From positions 1 to 43,198 of IMG/VR virus record IMGVR_UViG_3300031953_000037: a DNA stretch of 43,198 nt, one strand, 5' to 3'. This document shows positions 9,383 through 19,700 of this stretch, one piece after another. The translations under genes and the position numbers were made by a program. Within the stretch, counting starts at the first letter, position 1; every line of letters starts with the position of its first letter. The notes below the pieces were generated by a model. The model worked only from the letters and a program-made list of their open reading frames with translations. It was not told the DNA's origin and made no database searches. The stretch is from a virus (lineage: Duplodnaviria; Caudoviricetes).

Positions 9383-9891
9383 TGAACCTGGGGATCGGTC
9401 TGGGTCTGGCTTTCCGGCCGGTGATCGGCGGCGCGAGCGCCCCGCCCGCCAAGACTTACGCCGACTTCCAGACACACATAAAAGCGAAGGCGACATCAGG
9501 AAGCCGTGGCTTCGGCTCGACTATTCAGCCAAGCGCGGGCAAGTACTGGACCACAGCGACCGCATATGTCGGCGCGATGGCAGGCAGTCCGTACCTGGCG
9601 AACGCAAATCCAGACTTTACGGAGGTCAGCCCCTTCGTCCGACACGCCCTGCCTTCGCAGGTGGTGTTCGACGCCCAAGTCGCGGCTGGACGGGACCTCT
9701 ATTTCGAGCAAACGTCGTCAGCACCCGCCGCTGTCGTGGGGCTCGCTCGAAACGGCCTGACTTCGACAGCGCAAGCGAACAACGGGACGAACGTAATCGG
9801 CTGTCCTTTGGCGATTTGGTGGGACGGCACTCAAGCCCTACAATATGACCCGTCAACGAACACCGGCCCGACGCCCTACCCGATCCCCTAG
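9382..9891 (+). CDS. Head spike/fibre protein (Rcc01080-like N-terminal anchor)
   Basis: Starts MNLGIGLGL; coupled to the spike-base gene. Confidence 0.65.
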   Translation: MNLGIGLGLAFRPVIGGASAPPAKTYADFQTHIKAKATSGSRGFGSTIQPSAGKYWTTATAYVGAMAGSPYLANANPDFTEVSPFVRHALPSQVVFDAQVAAGRDLYFEQTSSAPAAVVGLARNGLTSTAQANNGTNVIGCPLAIWWDGTQALQYDPSTNTGPTPYPIP

Positions 9892-9904
9892 CGCGAGATA
9901 TGAC

Positions 9905-10525
9905 ATGACCCTATCCGCCGTAGAGATCAGCAACCTCGCTCTGGCCGATGTGCCGGCGAAGCGCATCGTCAGTATGAACGACACGACCGTTGCGGCTGAA
10001 GCTTGTCTGCGCGAGTTCAGCCAGGCCGTCGAAGAACTGATGGAAATGGGGGAGTGGGGCTTTGCCGTTCGACGCGCACCGCTGGTGGCCGTGACGAATA
10101 CGCGCGGCAACAGCTTCTGGCAATATCAGTACGCCATGCCGAACGATATGGCCTTCCCTGTGCGGGTGATCCCAGGCTCTGATTCTGACCTGTCTGTGTT
10201 GCGCGGTCGCTCGCTGGATTTCGACTTTGACGGCGGGATGATCTGGACGCGCAACGATGGCGTCGATCTGGAGTATATCACCAACACGCCAAGCTTCTCG
10301 TCGATGACAGCCATGTTCCGGCGCGGTCTGGCGACCGTGTTGGCCTCGCGCATCGTCATGGACATCACCCGCGACGCCGGCCGCAAGCGCGAATTGCTGC
10401 AAGAGGCTGAGGTGTGGCGTGATCGCGCCCTGGCCCGCAACCTGAACGCCAACGCGCAGCAGCAGACCTACGGCGCCAACTTCATCCCGTCATCGCTCAT
10501 GGGTCACTTTGGGGCGCCGGAATGA
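9905..10525 (+). CDS. Tail tubular protein A (adaptor)
   Basis: VEISNLAL, WGFAVRR, YQYAMPND and F...LA..LA motifs; start placed at ATG 9905. Confidence 0.85.
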   Translation: MTLSAVEISNLALADVPAKRIVSMNDTTVAAEACLREFSQAVEELMEMGEWGFAVRRAPLVAVTNTRGNSFWQYQYAMPNDMAFPVRVIPGSDSDLSVLRGRSLDFDFDGGMIWTRNDGVDLEYITNTPSFSSMTAMFRRGLATVLASRIVMDITRDAGRKRELLQEAEVWRDRALARNLNANAQQQTYGANFIPSSLMGHFGAPE

Positions 10526-11187
10526 GCTTCCGCAACACCCAGCCTACGTTCAGCGGTGGCGAGGTCAGCGATGCCGTCGCGGCGCGCTACGACGTGGCGA
10601 AGTATGCGACCGCGCTCTCTCGCGCGCGCAACGTCCTCGGCCTGCCTCAGGGAGGCCAGTACAACCGTGCGGGCCTCCTGTTCGGGGATGAGGTCTATGA
10701 CAGCGACCAGATCGCGATCCTGAAGCCGTTCGTCTTCTCGTCGGGCGATTCCTATGCGCTGGAGTTCACGCCGGGCAAGATGCGAATATTCTACAGGGGG
10801 CAGTTGGTCACGCGGCCCAAGCTGACGATCACGGCGATCACGAAGGCGGCGAACGCGGTCGTGACTGCGCCGGCTCATGGCTATCAGGTCGGATGGGTTG
10901 CGGTGTTCGATGGTGTTGAGGGGATGGTCGAAATCAACAGCCTGAGGGGCAAGGTCCTGTCGGTGACGACCGACACCTTCACCGTGGACATCGACACCAC
11001 GTCATTCTCCACCTTCACGGGCGACACCGGCGGCATTGGCGGCGCATCTGCTGGCGGGACAGGCGGCTATCCCGCTGATCCACCACCCGGCGAAGACCCG
11101 CCACCGCCCGAGACGCCGAACATTCCGACGCGGCCCCCGATCACCCCGCCCCAAACTGGCGGCAACTCTCTGGTGGTGATTCCATGA
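10522..11187 (+). CDS. Tail tubular protein B (nozzle), N-terminal part with an FCCH-like insert and Gly/Pro tail
   Basis: QPTFSGGEVS...RYD, PQGG..NRAG, PFVFS...YALEF; ITAITKA..AVVTAPAHG module. Confidence 0.8.
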   Translation: MSFRNTQPTFSGGEVSDAVAARYDVAKYATALSRARNVLGLPQGGQYNRAGLLFGDEVYDSDQIAILKPFVFSSGDSYALEFTPGKMRIFYRGQLVTRPKLTITAITKAANAVVTAPAHGYQVGWVAVFDGVEGMVEINSLRGKVLSVTTDTFTVDIDTTSFSTFTGDTGGIGGASAGGTGGYPADPPPGEDPPPPETPNIPTRPPITPPQTGGNSLVVIP

Positions 11188-13004
11188 GCGTCGCGGTTAT
11201 CTTTGAGATCGACACGCCGTTCTCTGCGGACGAGCTGCAGTTCCTCGGGCACGAGCAATCGGCCGACGTGTTCATCATCACGAGCCTGGGCGACCCGATC
11301 ACGCGCCTGCGTCGGTTTGCGCACAACAACTGGATCATGGACGACGCGCCGCTCGGGACGCAGATCGCCCCGCCGACTGGTGTGAGCGCGGCGCCAACGC
11401 AGCCGGTGACGACCGATGCGGTGAACATCGTGAAATACTATGTCGTCACGGCGGTGAACAATGCGGGGCAGGAAAGCCAGCCTAGCATCGGAACGAACGC
11501 CGACAATGATCTGAGCCTGCGCGGCAACTTCAACACGATCACCTGGGCGGCGCATCCCACCGCCTCGGAGTATCGTATCTACGAGGAACGCAGCGGCGTC
11601 TTCGGCTATATCGGAACGGCCAAGGCGGGGTTCCTGTCGTTCATCGACGACAACATTCAGGCCAACTTCGCCGATGGCCCGCCGAAGGGGAACAACCCGT
11701 TCGCCGATGGCAACTACCCGGCGACCGTCACCTTCCACGAAAGCCGGGCATGGTTCGGTCGGACGCTGACGATGCCGAACGCCCTGTTTGCCAGCCAGAC
11801 CGACGACCTGTTCAACTTCGACCGATCGTCACCGATACGCGCTACGGACAGCATTGCGCTGAGCCTGCGCGCCCGGCGCTTGAACACCGTCCGTCATTTG
11901 GTCCCCATGAAGGACCTGACGGTGATGACATCCGACATGATCTTCTCGATCCGCTCGACGGGGGAGGGATACCTGTCGCCCACGACGAGCAAGGCCGTTC
12001 CCGAGGGGCACAAGGGCGTCGGATCGGCTCGGCCTGAGCTGGTCGGTGACGTGGCGTTCTATTCCTCGGTGGCTGAAAACAGCATCCACACGCTCGGCTA
12101 TACGTTCGAGAAGGACGGCTATCGCGGGAACGACATCACCGTGTTCGCCTCGCATTTCTTCTCCATCTACATCGTCAAGGCGCTGGCCTGGACAGATGCC
12201 CCGGCCTCGGTGCTGTGGGCTCGCCGGGATGACGGCAAGCTGCCCGCTCTGACGTGGATGCAAGAGCAAGACGTGTGGGGCTGGACGCTCTGCGAGACTG
12301 ATGGCGTGGTCGAAAGCATCTGCGCCGTCGCGGAGGATCGGAGGGACGTGCTGTATGCCGTGGTGCGCCGCACGATCAGCGGGGAGCAACGTCGCTATGT
12401 CGAATATCTGGCCGATGCGCCGTGGACGCGCCAGGGCTGGAACGATCTGCCCGGCGCCGTGATCCTCGATAGCTCGGTTTATCTGGAGTTCGACGAGCCG
12501 GTCAACTCGATCAAGGGATGCTTCTGGCTGGAAGGCCGGGAGGTGGTGTGTCTGGCCGATGGCGTGGTCCGCCGTGGTCACTCGATCATCGGTGGAGAGT
12601 TGATCCCGCCCCTGCCCGATCCGGTGTCGCGCCTTGTGGTGGGTCTGCCGTATCAGTCTCGCATCCGATCCCTCCCGGCGTCTGGTCAGGCTCAAGGGCT
12701 TGGCTCTGTCGAAGGTCGGCGCCAGACCATCGCGAACGTCACGGTCAAGGTGATGAACACCTGTGGCATGGGAGACGGCCTGAAGATCGGCGCAAACCTT
12801 GCTGAAGGTGAAATCCCTCGGTATTCGGCCCCGCTCCCAGCTGGACGAGTGACGCAGACGCCGCCGCTTCCATACACCGGCCTGCTGGAAACCGATGGGG
12901 TCGAGGCTGGAGACTGGACGAACGCTTGCGTCGAGATCGTTCAGGACGACCCTCTTCCGCTCGTGGTGCTCAGTATCAGCCCAGACTTGGAAATGGGGCG
13001 GTGA
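11184..13004 (+). CDS. Tail tubular protein B (nozzle), C-terminal part
   Basis: EIDTPF...QSADV, YPATVTFHESR, EQDVWGW, WLEGREV..LADG, VVGLPY, QDDPLP motifs. Confidence 0.85.
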   Translation: MSVAVIFEIDTPFSADELQFLGHEQSADVFIITSLGDPITRLRRFAHNNWIMDDAPLGTQIAPPTGVSAAPTQPVTTDAVNIVKYYVVTAVNNAGQESQPSIGTNADNDLSLRGNFNTITWAAHPTASEYRIYEERSGVFGYIGTAKAGFLSFIDDNIQANFADGPPKGNNPFADGNYPATVTFHESRAWFGRTLTMPNALFASQTDDLFNFDRSSPIRATDSIALSLRARRLNTVRHLVPMKDLTVMTSDMIFSIRSTGEGYLSPTTSKAVPEGHKGVGSARPELVGDVAFYSSVAENSIHTLGYTFEKDGYRGNDITVFASHFFSIYIVKALAWTDAPASVLWARRDDGKLPALTWMQEQDVWGWTLCETDGVVESICAVAEDRRDVLYAVVRRTISGEQRRYVEYLADAPWTRQGWNDLPGAVILDSSVYLEFDEPVNSIKGCFWLEGREVVCLADGVVRRGHSIIGGELIPPLPDPVSRLVVGLPYQSRIRSLPASGQAQGLGSVEGRRQTIANVTVKVMNTCGMGDGLKIGANLAEGEIPRYSAPLPAGRVTQTPPLPYTGLLETDGVEAGDWTNACVEIVQDDPLPLVVLSISPDLEMGR

Positions 13005-13111
13005 ATGGCCCGTCACGTCGGCGCCGAACTATGGGAAATTCCCACAATTCCATCCGTAAAAGCCCGCTGTCACTAGGTTTGAGGTCGGCGCCGAGTTGTC
13101 GGAAATCCCGG

Positions 13112-13146
13112 AAAGCAAAACGCCCCAGCTGTGAGGCCGGGGCGTT
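13112..13146 (-). terminator. Rho-independent terminator of the reverse-strand gene
   Basis: On minus strand AACGCCCCGGC-CTCACA-GCTGGGGCGTT followed by TTGCTTT. Confidence 0.7.
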
Positions 13147-13168
13147 GGTCGTGTCGGGTGTCGGCGGA

Positions 13169-13477
13169 TTAGATGGCGTTGAAGCGTCGGGACTGTTCGT
13201 CGAGGCGCTGCATGGCGGTTTCTAGCCGGTCGATCTGGTCGTGAAGACCACCAAGTGCGCCACCCCGAACGGGTGACGGGGCTTGCTTACTGTCGGCTTC
13301 GGGACGAGATCCCAGGATATGGTCGGCGCGCTCGGTGATGCCGTGGGAAATCTGATAGGTATGGTTGATGAGGGCGTCGATTCTCTGAAGGGCCGAGACA
13401 AGTCCATCAGGCGATGATGGCATGTCGGTAGCGGGTTGAGCCCAGCCACCTCGAACGGCGTCGGTTTCTTGATACAT
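13169..13477 (-). CDS. Reverse-strand accessory (moron-like) coiled-coil protein
   Basis: ACAGGAGA RBS, own terminator, upstream TTGACA at 13544-13539. Confidence 0.75.
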   Translation of the reverse strand: MYQETDAVRGGWAQPATDMPSSPDGLVSALQRIDALINHTYQISHGITERADHILGSRPEADSKQAPSPVRGGALGGLHDQIDRLETAMQRLDEQSRRFNAI

Positions 13478-13524
13478 TGAAGTCTCCTGTTTCCGGCCCC
13501 ACGCCGGATAAGGTATGTGGTCAC

Positions 13525-13977
13525 ATGAGCCAGTGGTCTGTCAACGTCGCACACCCCTCGCACGTCGCGCGCATCGCGAACCGCATCCGCGCGATTGACG
13601 CCGCTGAGTGCAGGGCCGTGGGACACACGCCAAAGCAGGCTCTACGCTCCAGCCTGAAGGCGTCCACCTTCGCCCTAACGATCATGCTGGACGGCCAGCC
13701 AGTAGCCATGCTTGGGGTCGTTCCCTACTCGGTGCTTGAGGGCATCGGATCGCCCTGGCTGCTCGGCACGGATGATGTGCTGAAGGGTGCGAGGCAGTTC
13801 CTGACGGTCGGTCCAAGGGTGGTGACGGCCATGCAACGGGAGTGGCCGAAGCTTCAGAACTATGTCGGCGCTGAGAACAGGCAGGCGCTGCGCGTTCTCA
13901 AACGGCTAGGGTTCGACGTGAGCCCCGAAGTCGTGCTAATCGGTTCCATGCCTATGAGGCTGTTCACCAAGGGCTGA
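13525..13977 (+). CDS. Internal virion protein A-like (T7 gp13 / acetyltransferase-like fold)
   Basis: R..D..E, PWLLGTD, LQNYV..EN..A.R.LKRLGF; start placed at ATG 13525. Confidence 0.8.
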   Translation: MSQWSVNVAHPSHVARIANRIRAIDAAECRAVGHTPKQALRSSLKASTFALTIMLDGQPVAMLGVVPYSVLEGIGSPWLLGTDDVLKGARQFLTVGPRVVTAMQREWPKLQNYVGAENRQALRVLKRLGFDVSPEVVLIGSMPMRLFTKG

Positions 13978-13982
13978 AAACT

Positions 13983-14555
13983 GTGTGTATTGCTGCGGCT
14001 CCCCTTCTGATTGCGGCGGCGGCGGTGTCTGCGGCCGGGACTGCGTACAGCGGTTATCAGGCGGTCAGGGAATCCCGCTACCAGAACGACATCGCCCAGC
14101 AGAATGCCAAGCTGGAGCGCGACGCAGCCTATGACTCTGAGGTTCGGGGCCAGCGTTCCGAAATGCAGAAGTGGCGCGAGATCGCGGCGACGCGCTCGGC
14201 CCAGATTGCAGCCTTCGCGGCCAATGGCTTTGACACCTCGTTCGGCTCGGCGGCTGACGTGACCGGCGACACGCTGGCGCTCGGGTTCGAGGACACCAAC
14301 ACGATCCGCGAGAACGCTTCTCGTGAGGCGCGGGGACACATCATTTCCGCCCAGAACTATCGCGAGCAAGGCGCGGCGGCTCTCCGCTCTGGCAAGCAGG
14401 CTGCGATCAAGGCGGGCTTCCAGACGGTCGGGACGATCCTCGGCGGCGCCGGTCAGCTTCAGGGCATGAAGGCGGGGTCATCGCAGACGATCAGCGGCTT
14501 CGGAAAATCTGGCTGGGGCGGCACGAGCGCGGCCAACAGCACGTTTGCATGGTGA
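13983..14555 (+). CDS. Internal virion protein B-like (T7 gp14-like ejection protein)
   Basis: MC start, hydrophobic N-terminus, Q.AAFAANG.D...GSA.DV motif. Confidence 0.8.
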   Translation: MCIAAAPLLIAAAAVSAAGTAYSGYQAVRESRYQNDIAQQNAKLERDAAYDSEVRGQRSEMQKWREIAATRSAQIAAFAANGFDTSFGSAADVTGDTLALGFEDTNTIRENASREARGHIISAQNYREQGAAALRSGKQAAIKAGFQTVGTILGGAGQLQGMKAGSSQTISGFGKSGWGGTSAANSTFAW

Positions 14556-14560
14556 TCTGA

Positions 14561-16705
14561 ATGGCTACTGTTCCAGTTGCGCGCTCGACTGAGACCCTTC
14601 AGCCCCTGCCCGGCCAGCGCCAGCAAGCGCAGCGCCAGGACAGCGGGCTAGGCGAAGGCCTGCAATCGCTTGGCCAGGGCCTTCAGCAACTCGCCAAGGG
14701 CCGGCAAATCTATCTCGACAAGGTGGACGAGGCGACGGTCGCGGATCTCGATAGTGCAGCGGCCAACGACTTCCGCGAGATTGAGCGCGGCTTCACCTCA
14801 GCGCAGGGCAAGAACGCCGTGGACATTGCGGCCGATACGCAAAAGGCGTGGAATGAAACCCGCGCGTCCTATCTGTCGCGTGCGAATAATCCCGCTCAAG
14901 CCCGGATGCTGAATCAGGTTCTGGACCGCCGTAGTGAGCGGTGGGCCAGCCAGTACGATTCCCACCTGACCCGTCAGGCCGATACTTGGCAGACCCAGGC
15001 CTTTGAGAGCCGGAAGGCTACGATGGCGGTCGATGCCGCCGCGCTTCCGTTGGGCTCGACGGAGCGTCTTGATGCGTTCCTGGCTCTCGGCGCGGTCATG
15101 GACGATGAGGCCGCGCGCAAGGGCTGGGATGCTGAGACGCGCAAGGCTCAGGGGCTGGCGACGTTCAGCGAGATCCACAAGAGTACTGTCAACGCGCTCC
15201 TAGAGTCGAACGATCCGCACGGCGCGAAGGAATATCTCGAAGCCAATCGCGGGCAGATGCCGGTCGAAATGGCGACGGGCCTTTCCTCTCGGGTGCGCGA
15301 ACAGGTTGATGTTTCGGATGGTCGCGATTGGGCGCGCAATCAGGTCAGCTTCACCGCCGAGGGCCGGCCGGTTCAGGATGTTCTCGACGCGATCTGGGGC
15401 GCCCAGAAAAACCAAGAGAGCGGCAACCGACAGTTCGACGCGCGTGGCCGTCTCATTACCTCGCCGGTTGGCGCCTTCGGCGTTGCCCAGCTCATGCCGG
15501 GTACGGCGATCGACATTGCGAACGCGATGGGCGACCCGTCCCTAGCAGCGAAGGCGCGCACGGACCCCGCTGTAAACGAGCGGATGGGGCGCTGGTACAT
15601 GGGCAAGCAGCTTGAAAAATACGGCCTTCCGTCGTTGGCCCTCGCCGCTTACAACGCCGGCCCTGGTCGTGTGAACCGCTGGCTGGTGACCATTGGTGAT
15701 CCCCGCAACGGCGACATCACAGAGGCGGAATGGACCTCGCGCATCCCGTTCAACGAGACACGCGGATATGTGCAAAACATTCTTTCCAAGGCGGGCGCTG
15801 GCTCTGGTGGAGTGACGACCTCCATTATCCCAGAGGGCCGCGCGATCGAAATGGCGCGCGCCGCTGCTGGCGACGACCCGCGCCGCCAAGCGGCGTTCGA
15901 GGCTGCGGTGACGGGCGAGCGTCGTCGGTACGAGGCCGACCTTAACGACACGCGCCGGGCCGCGCGAGAAGCGGTGCAGACGTATCTCCCGAACGGAGCA
16001 ACGCCAGTCGCGTCGTGGACTGACATCCCCTCGCGCGAGTGGTCGGCTCTCGATCCTGAATATCAGAACAGCCTTCGGGGGGTTTATGCTTCTGCCGCAT
16101 CGGGTGTAGGTAAGGTCGAGACCGATCAGGAGGTTTATGGGGCGCTGCTTGAAATGCGGGCGCTCCAGCCGCAAAGATTCGCGCGCATCGACCTGACCGA
16201 ATATCAAGACTCCCTCTCTCCGAGCGATATGCGGGCGATGCAGGCCGCTCGCCTGAACATTCAGGCCCAGCCCGAAACGCCGACGAACAACCCCGCGCGT
16301 GTGGCCCGTCAGCAAGCCTGGCCCGAGGTTGTCCGTCTTGCGAACGATGCGGGGATCAAGACGGGCAAGGGCGCGACTGACGAAGATCGGCGCGAGCTGA
16401 ACGGCCTTCAGACCTATGTTGACATGGAGATCGAGGGCCATATCCGCCGCGATCAATCCATCATGACGCGGGAACAGATCATCGCTGCGACGGCGCGAGG
16501 ACTGCGCACCCTGCCCGGCCGTCGCCAAGGTCTTTTCGGATGGGGTGGACAAGAGGAGGTTCGTGCCTTCCAAGTCATCGTGCCCGCAGCCGCCCAAACC
16601 CGGATCGCCACGGAATATAGCAAGGTTCCCGGCGCCCCGCCCCTTACCGCAGACCGTATGCGAGAAATCTACATGCAGGGTCGCGCCCTTGGTGAGTTTG
16701 AATGA
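14561..16705 (+). CDS. Internal virion protein with lytic transglycosylase (SLT) domain
   Basis: QESG, GAFGVAQLMPGTA, ALAAYNAGPG, ETRGYV. Confidence 0.9.
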   Translation: MATVPVARSTETLQPLPGQRQQAQRQDSGLGEGLQSLGQGLQQLAKGRQIYLDKVDEATVADLDSAAANDFREIERGFTSAQGKNAVDIAADTQKAWNETRASYLSRANNPAQARMLNQVLDRRSERWASQYDSHLTRQADTWQTQAFESRKATMAVDAAALPLGSTERLDAFLALGAVMDDEAARKGWDAETRKAQGLATFSEIHKSTVNALLESNDPHGAKEYLEANRGQMPVEMATGLSSRVREQVDVSDGRDWARNQVSFTAEGRPVQDVLDAIWGAQKNQESGNRQFDARGRLITSPVGAFGVAQLMPGTAIDIANAMGDPSLAAKARTDPAVNERMGRWYMGKQLEKYGLPSLALAAYNAGPGRVNRWLVTIGDPRNGDITEAEWTSRIPFNETRGYVQNILSKAGAGSGGVTTSIIPEGRAIEMARAAAGDDPRRQAAFEAAVTGERRRYEADLNDTRRAAREAVQTYLPNGATPVASWTDIPSREWSALDPEYQNSLRGVYASAASGVGKVETDQEVYGALLEMRALQPQRFARIDLTEYQDSLSPSDMRAMQAARLNIQAQPETPTNNPARVARQQAWPEVVRLANDAGIKTGKGATDEDRRELNGLQTYVDMEIEGHIRRDQSIMTREQIIAATARGLRTLPGRRQGLFGWGGQEEVRAFQVIVPAAAQTRIATEYSKVPGAPPLTADRMREIYMQGRALGEFE

Positions 16706-19700
16706 CCGATAGCTTCATCACCGCCGCCGCCCGCGAAGACACGCAGCGCCGCGCTCAGCGCTCTACGGCCCTAGTCTCAGACGTTGATCCGGTACGCATG
16801 GCCCGAGCCCAGCGCAACGCTCAGGTTCTGGGGATGCCGGCCGATGTGATTTATAGTGACCCCTCGTATGATCGCGAGGCGCAGACCGTTCGCAATCAGA
16901 CCGCGCTCGCAACGGCGCCTAAGACGGCGGCTTTCCTCGCCGACGAGAACAACGCTGCCGTGGCGCACGATCAGGTCGAGGGACTAAGCGGTATCGAGGG
17001 TCTAGTTGATGGCGTCTTCGGTCGAGGCAAATGGGACACGAACGTCGATGTCGCGCGGCGGTTCGGCGGCGATCTTCTGACGGGCCTAGGTTCCGGCTTC
17101 TCCGGTGTTGCGCGGACGCTGGACACGGCTGATCGGCGCATCCCGCGCGTTGTTCAGGATAGTGGCTTGACCCGGCTCCTGAACCGATCCCTGATCGGCG
17201 GGCTGAACGATCTCGGTCTGAGCTTCAAGACGGTCGGCGCGGACGTGGCCGGTTCGGCTATCCCGGCGCAGCCTGCGGGCGTTGCATATGACCGTCGTTT
17301 CCCTGCGGCCAGTGGTCGCGACACAGGGCTTGCCGGCGATGTCGTGGGCGGGCTTGGACAAATCAGCGGGCAAGTTCTGGTCGCGGCTGGCACGGGCGGC
17401 ACGGCCACCTTGCCGTTCCTGTATGGACAGGGCGTCGATCAGATGGATGATCGGGTGCGTGCTGCGATGGTGCGCGAGGGCCGCACTGAACGATCGGTCA
17501 CGGATGATCTTGCAGCGCAGGGCGGTGGCGTCGTTACGGCGGTCACGGAGAAGATCGGCCTTGATCGCATCCTGAGTGCAGTCCCGTCATCGGTGCGCAA
17601 CCGGGTTCTTGGGCGCCTGACTGACATCGCCATTGCGGGTGTGACCGAGGGCTCGACGGAGGCCCTTGAACAAGTCGGACAGAACGCGCTTGCGATCAAT
17701 CTGCTCGGTGAGGACGCCAAGGGCGGTCTCGGCTATATCGACCAAGCAGCTGAACAGGGTGGAACGGCGTCTCTGATCGGGGCGATTGCACGCCTGGCGG
17801 TTACAGCGGCGGTCCCCGGCGTTCAGCACGTTCGCACGCAAGCGGCTGCGGTTCAGGCCACAGCGCAACACACAGAGTTTGAGAAGGCGGTCGAGGCGGT
17901 CACGTCAAACCCTTTGCTTGAACGCGCGCCGGAACGACTGCGCCAGTTCCTGGCTGGGGCGACAGACAATGCGAACGTCTATGTGCCGGCCGAAGCTGCT
18001 CGCGAGTTCTTCCAATCGCATCCTGACCTGAATCAATGGCTGGATGAATGGGACATCCGCGACCAGTACGAACAGGCCCTGACGGCCGGGACTGACATCG
18101 AGATTCCCACGGCCACATATCTGACCCAGATTGCACCGTCCGAGGCGCACGCTGCGTTCTCGCAGGATCTGAAGTTGGCGCCTGACGCGATGTCGTTGCG
18201 TGAAGCAAAAACTTTTGAGGCTGAAGGCGAGGCAAACCTAAGCGCATCAGTTGATTCAGCGTTGCAATCGGGGGTGCAAGAACAGGCGAACGAAGCCCCG
18301 ACAGAGCGGGTGCGTGCCGACATCTTCGAACAGCTTCGCGGCGCGGGCGTGTCGGTCGAGGTGGCGCGTCAGAACGCTGTGCTTGTGGCCTCGCGCGCAC
18401 GCACCCGTGCTGAACGCTCGCCGGGGCTCTACGCTGACGCCTGGGAGGCCTACACGGCCGATGGCGGACTTAGGGTGCAGGCAGAGGTTCCGGCCTCTGT
18501 CCAGCGCGAGCGCGACCGTCTGGACGTGGTTATGGAGGTCATGCGCAACCGCTCGGCCCAGCCGACGCAGAGGACGCTAAAGGGGCAATCCCTGTTGCAG
18601 TTCCTTTCCGACAACGGGGGCGTTGTAGATACGGGCGGCGAGTTGGCTGCGATGGGCGCCGGGGCGTTCAATCGTCCGTCTCAAGGCGGGCGGCGTGGCG
18701 CTCGACCCATCATCCGCACCGAGGGAGGCAATGCGTTCGGTTCGGACTATGCCGCCCAGCGCGCGGTCGAGGCTGGCTATCTGCCGGAAGGCTCGGACGG
18801 TAATGCTTTGTTCGCAGCTATGCGGGAAGAGTTGGCCGGACGCCCTGTCTATTCGGCATCCTACGCCCGCGACGCCCAGGCTGAGACGACGCTTGAGGCC
18901 GCCGCCGATCTTGAGGCCCTGCTGCCGACGCTCGGGCTGGATGCGACAGCGACGAACGAAGAAATCCGTGCGGCGATCCAGAAGATGGGCGATGCGCCCG
19001 TTGGCGGTCTCAACCAAGACGATGACGCCATAGGCCCCAAGCGCGGCAACATCACCTTCACCGACGCCGGCGCCACCATCACTCTTTTCAGGGCGAAGGA
19101 TCGCTCGACGTTCTTGCACGAGATCAGCCACAAATGGCTCGACGAGCTGGTGATCGACGGCACGGCTGAGAATGCCTCGCCCGAGGTCAAGGCTGACATG
19201 GACAAGGTTCTGTCGTGGTTCAGCGAGAACGCCGGACATCCGATCACTGTTGATGACATCGGTGTTGATCAGCATGAGCTTTGGGCGCGCGGTGGGGAGG
19301 TCTTCTTCATGGAAGGCAAGGCCCCGTCCGCTGAGCTTAGGCCCGCGTTCCGTCGCTTCACCGAATGGCTCAAGGGCGTCTATCGCTCGGTGCTGTCTCT
19401 GAATGCTCCGGTGTCCCAGCCGGTGCGTGAGGTCATGGGACGCTTGATCGCTACGGATGTCGAGATCGCGACGGCGCAGGAAGCCCAGGCGCTGAACCGT
19501 TTGTTCTCCACGCCGGAAGCGGCCGGCATGACGAAGGACGAATATGCCCGGTACACGGCTGCGGATTCGGTGGCGACGGCTGAGGCCTCCGCACGCCTGA
19601 TGAAAACGGCCATGACCAAGCTGCGTCGTGAACGGACCTTGGAATGGAAGAACGAGCGCGAGAGCCTACGCGAACGCCAGACTGAGATCGTGGATCAATT

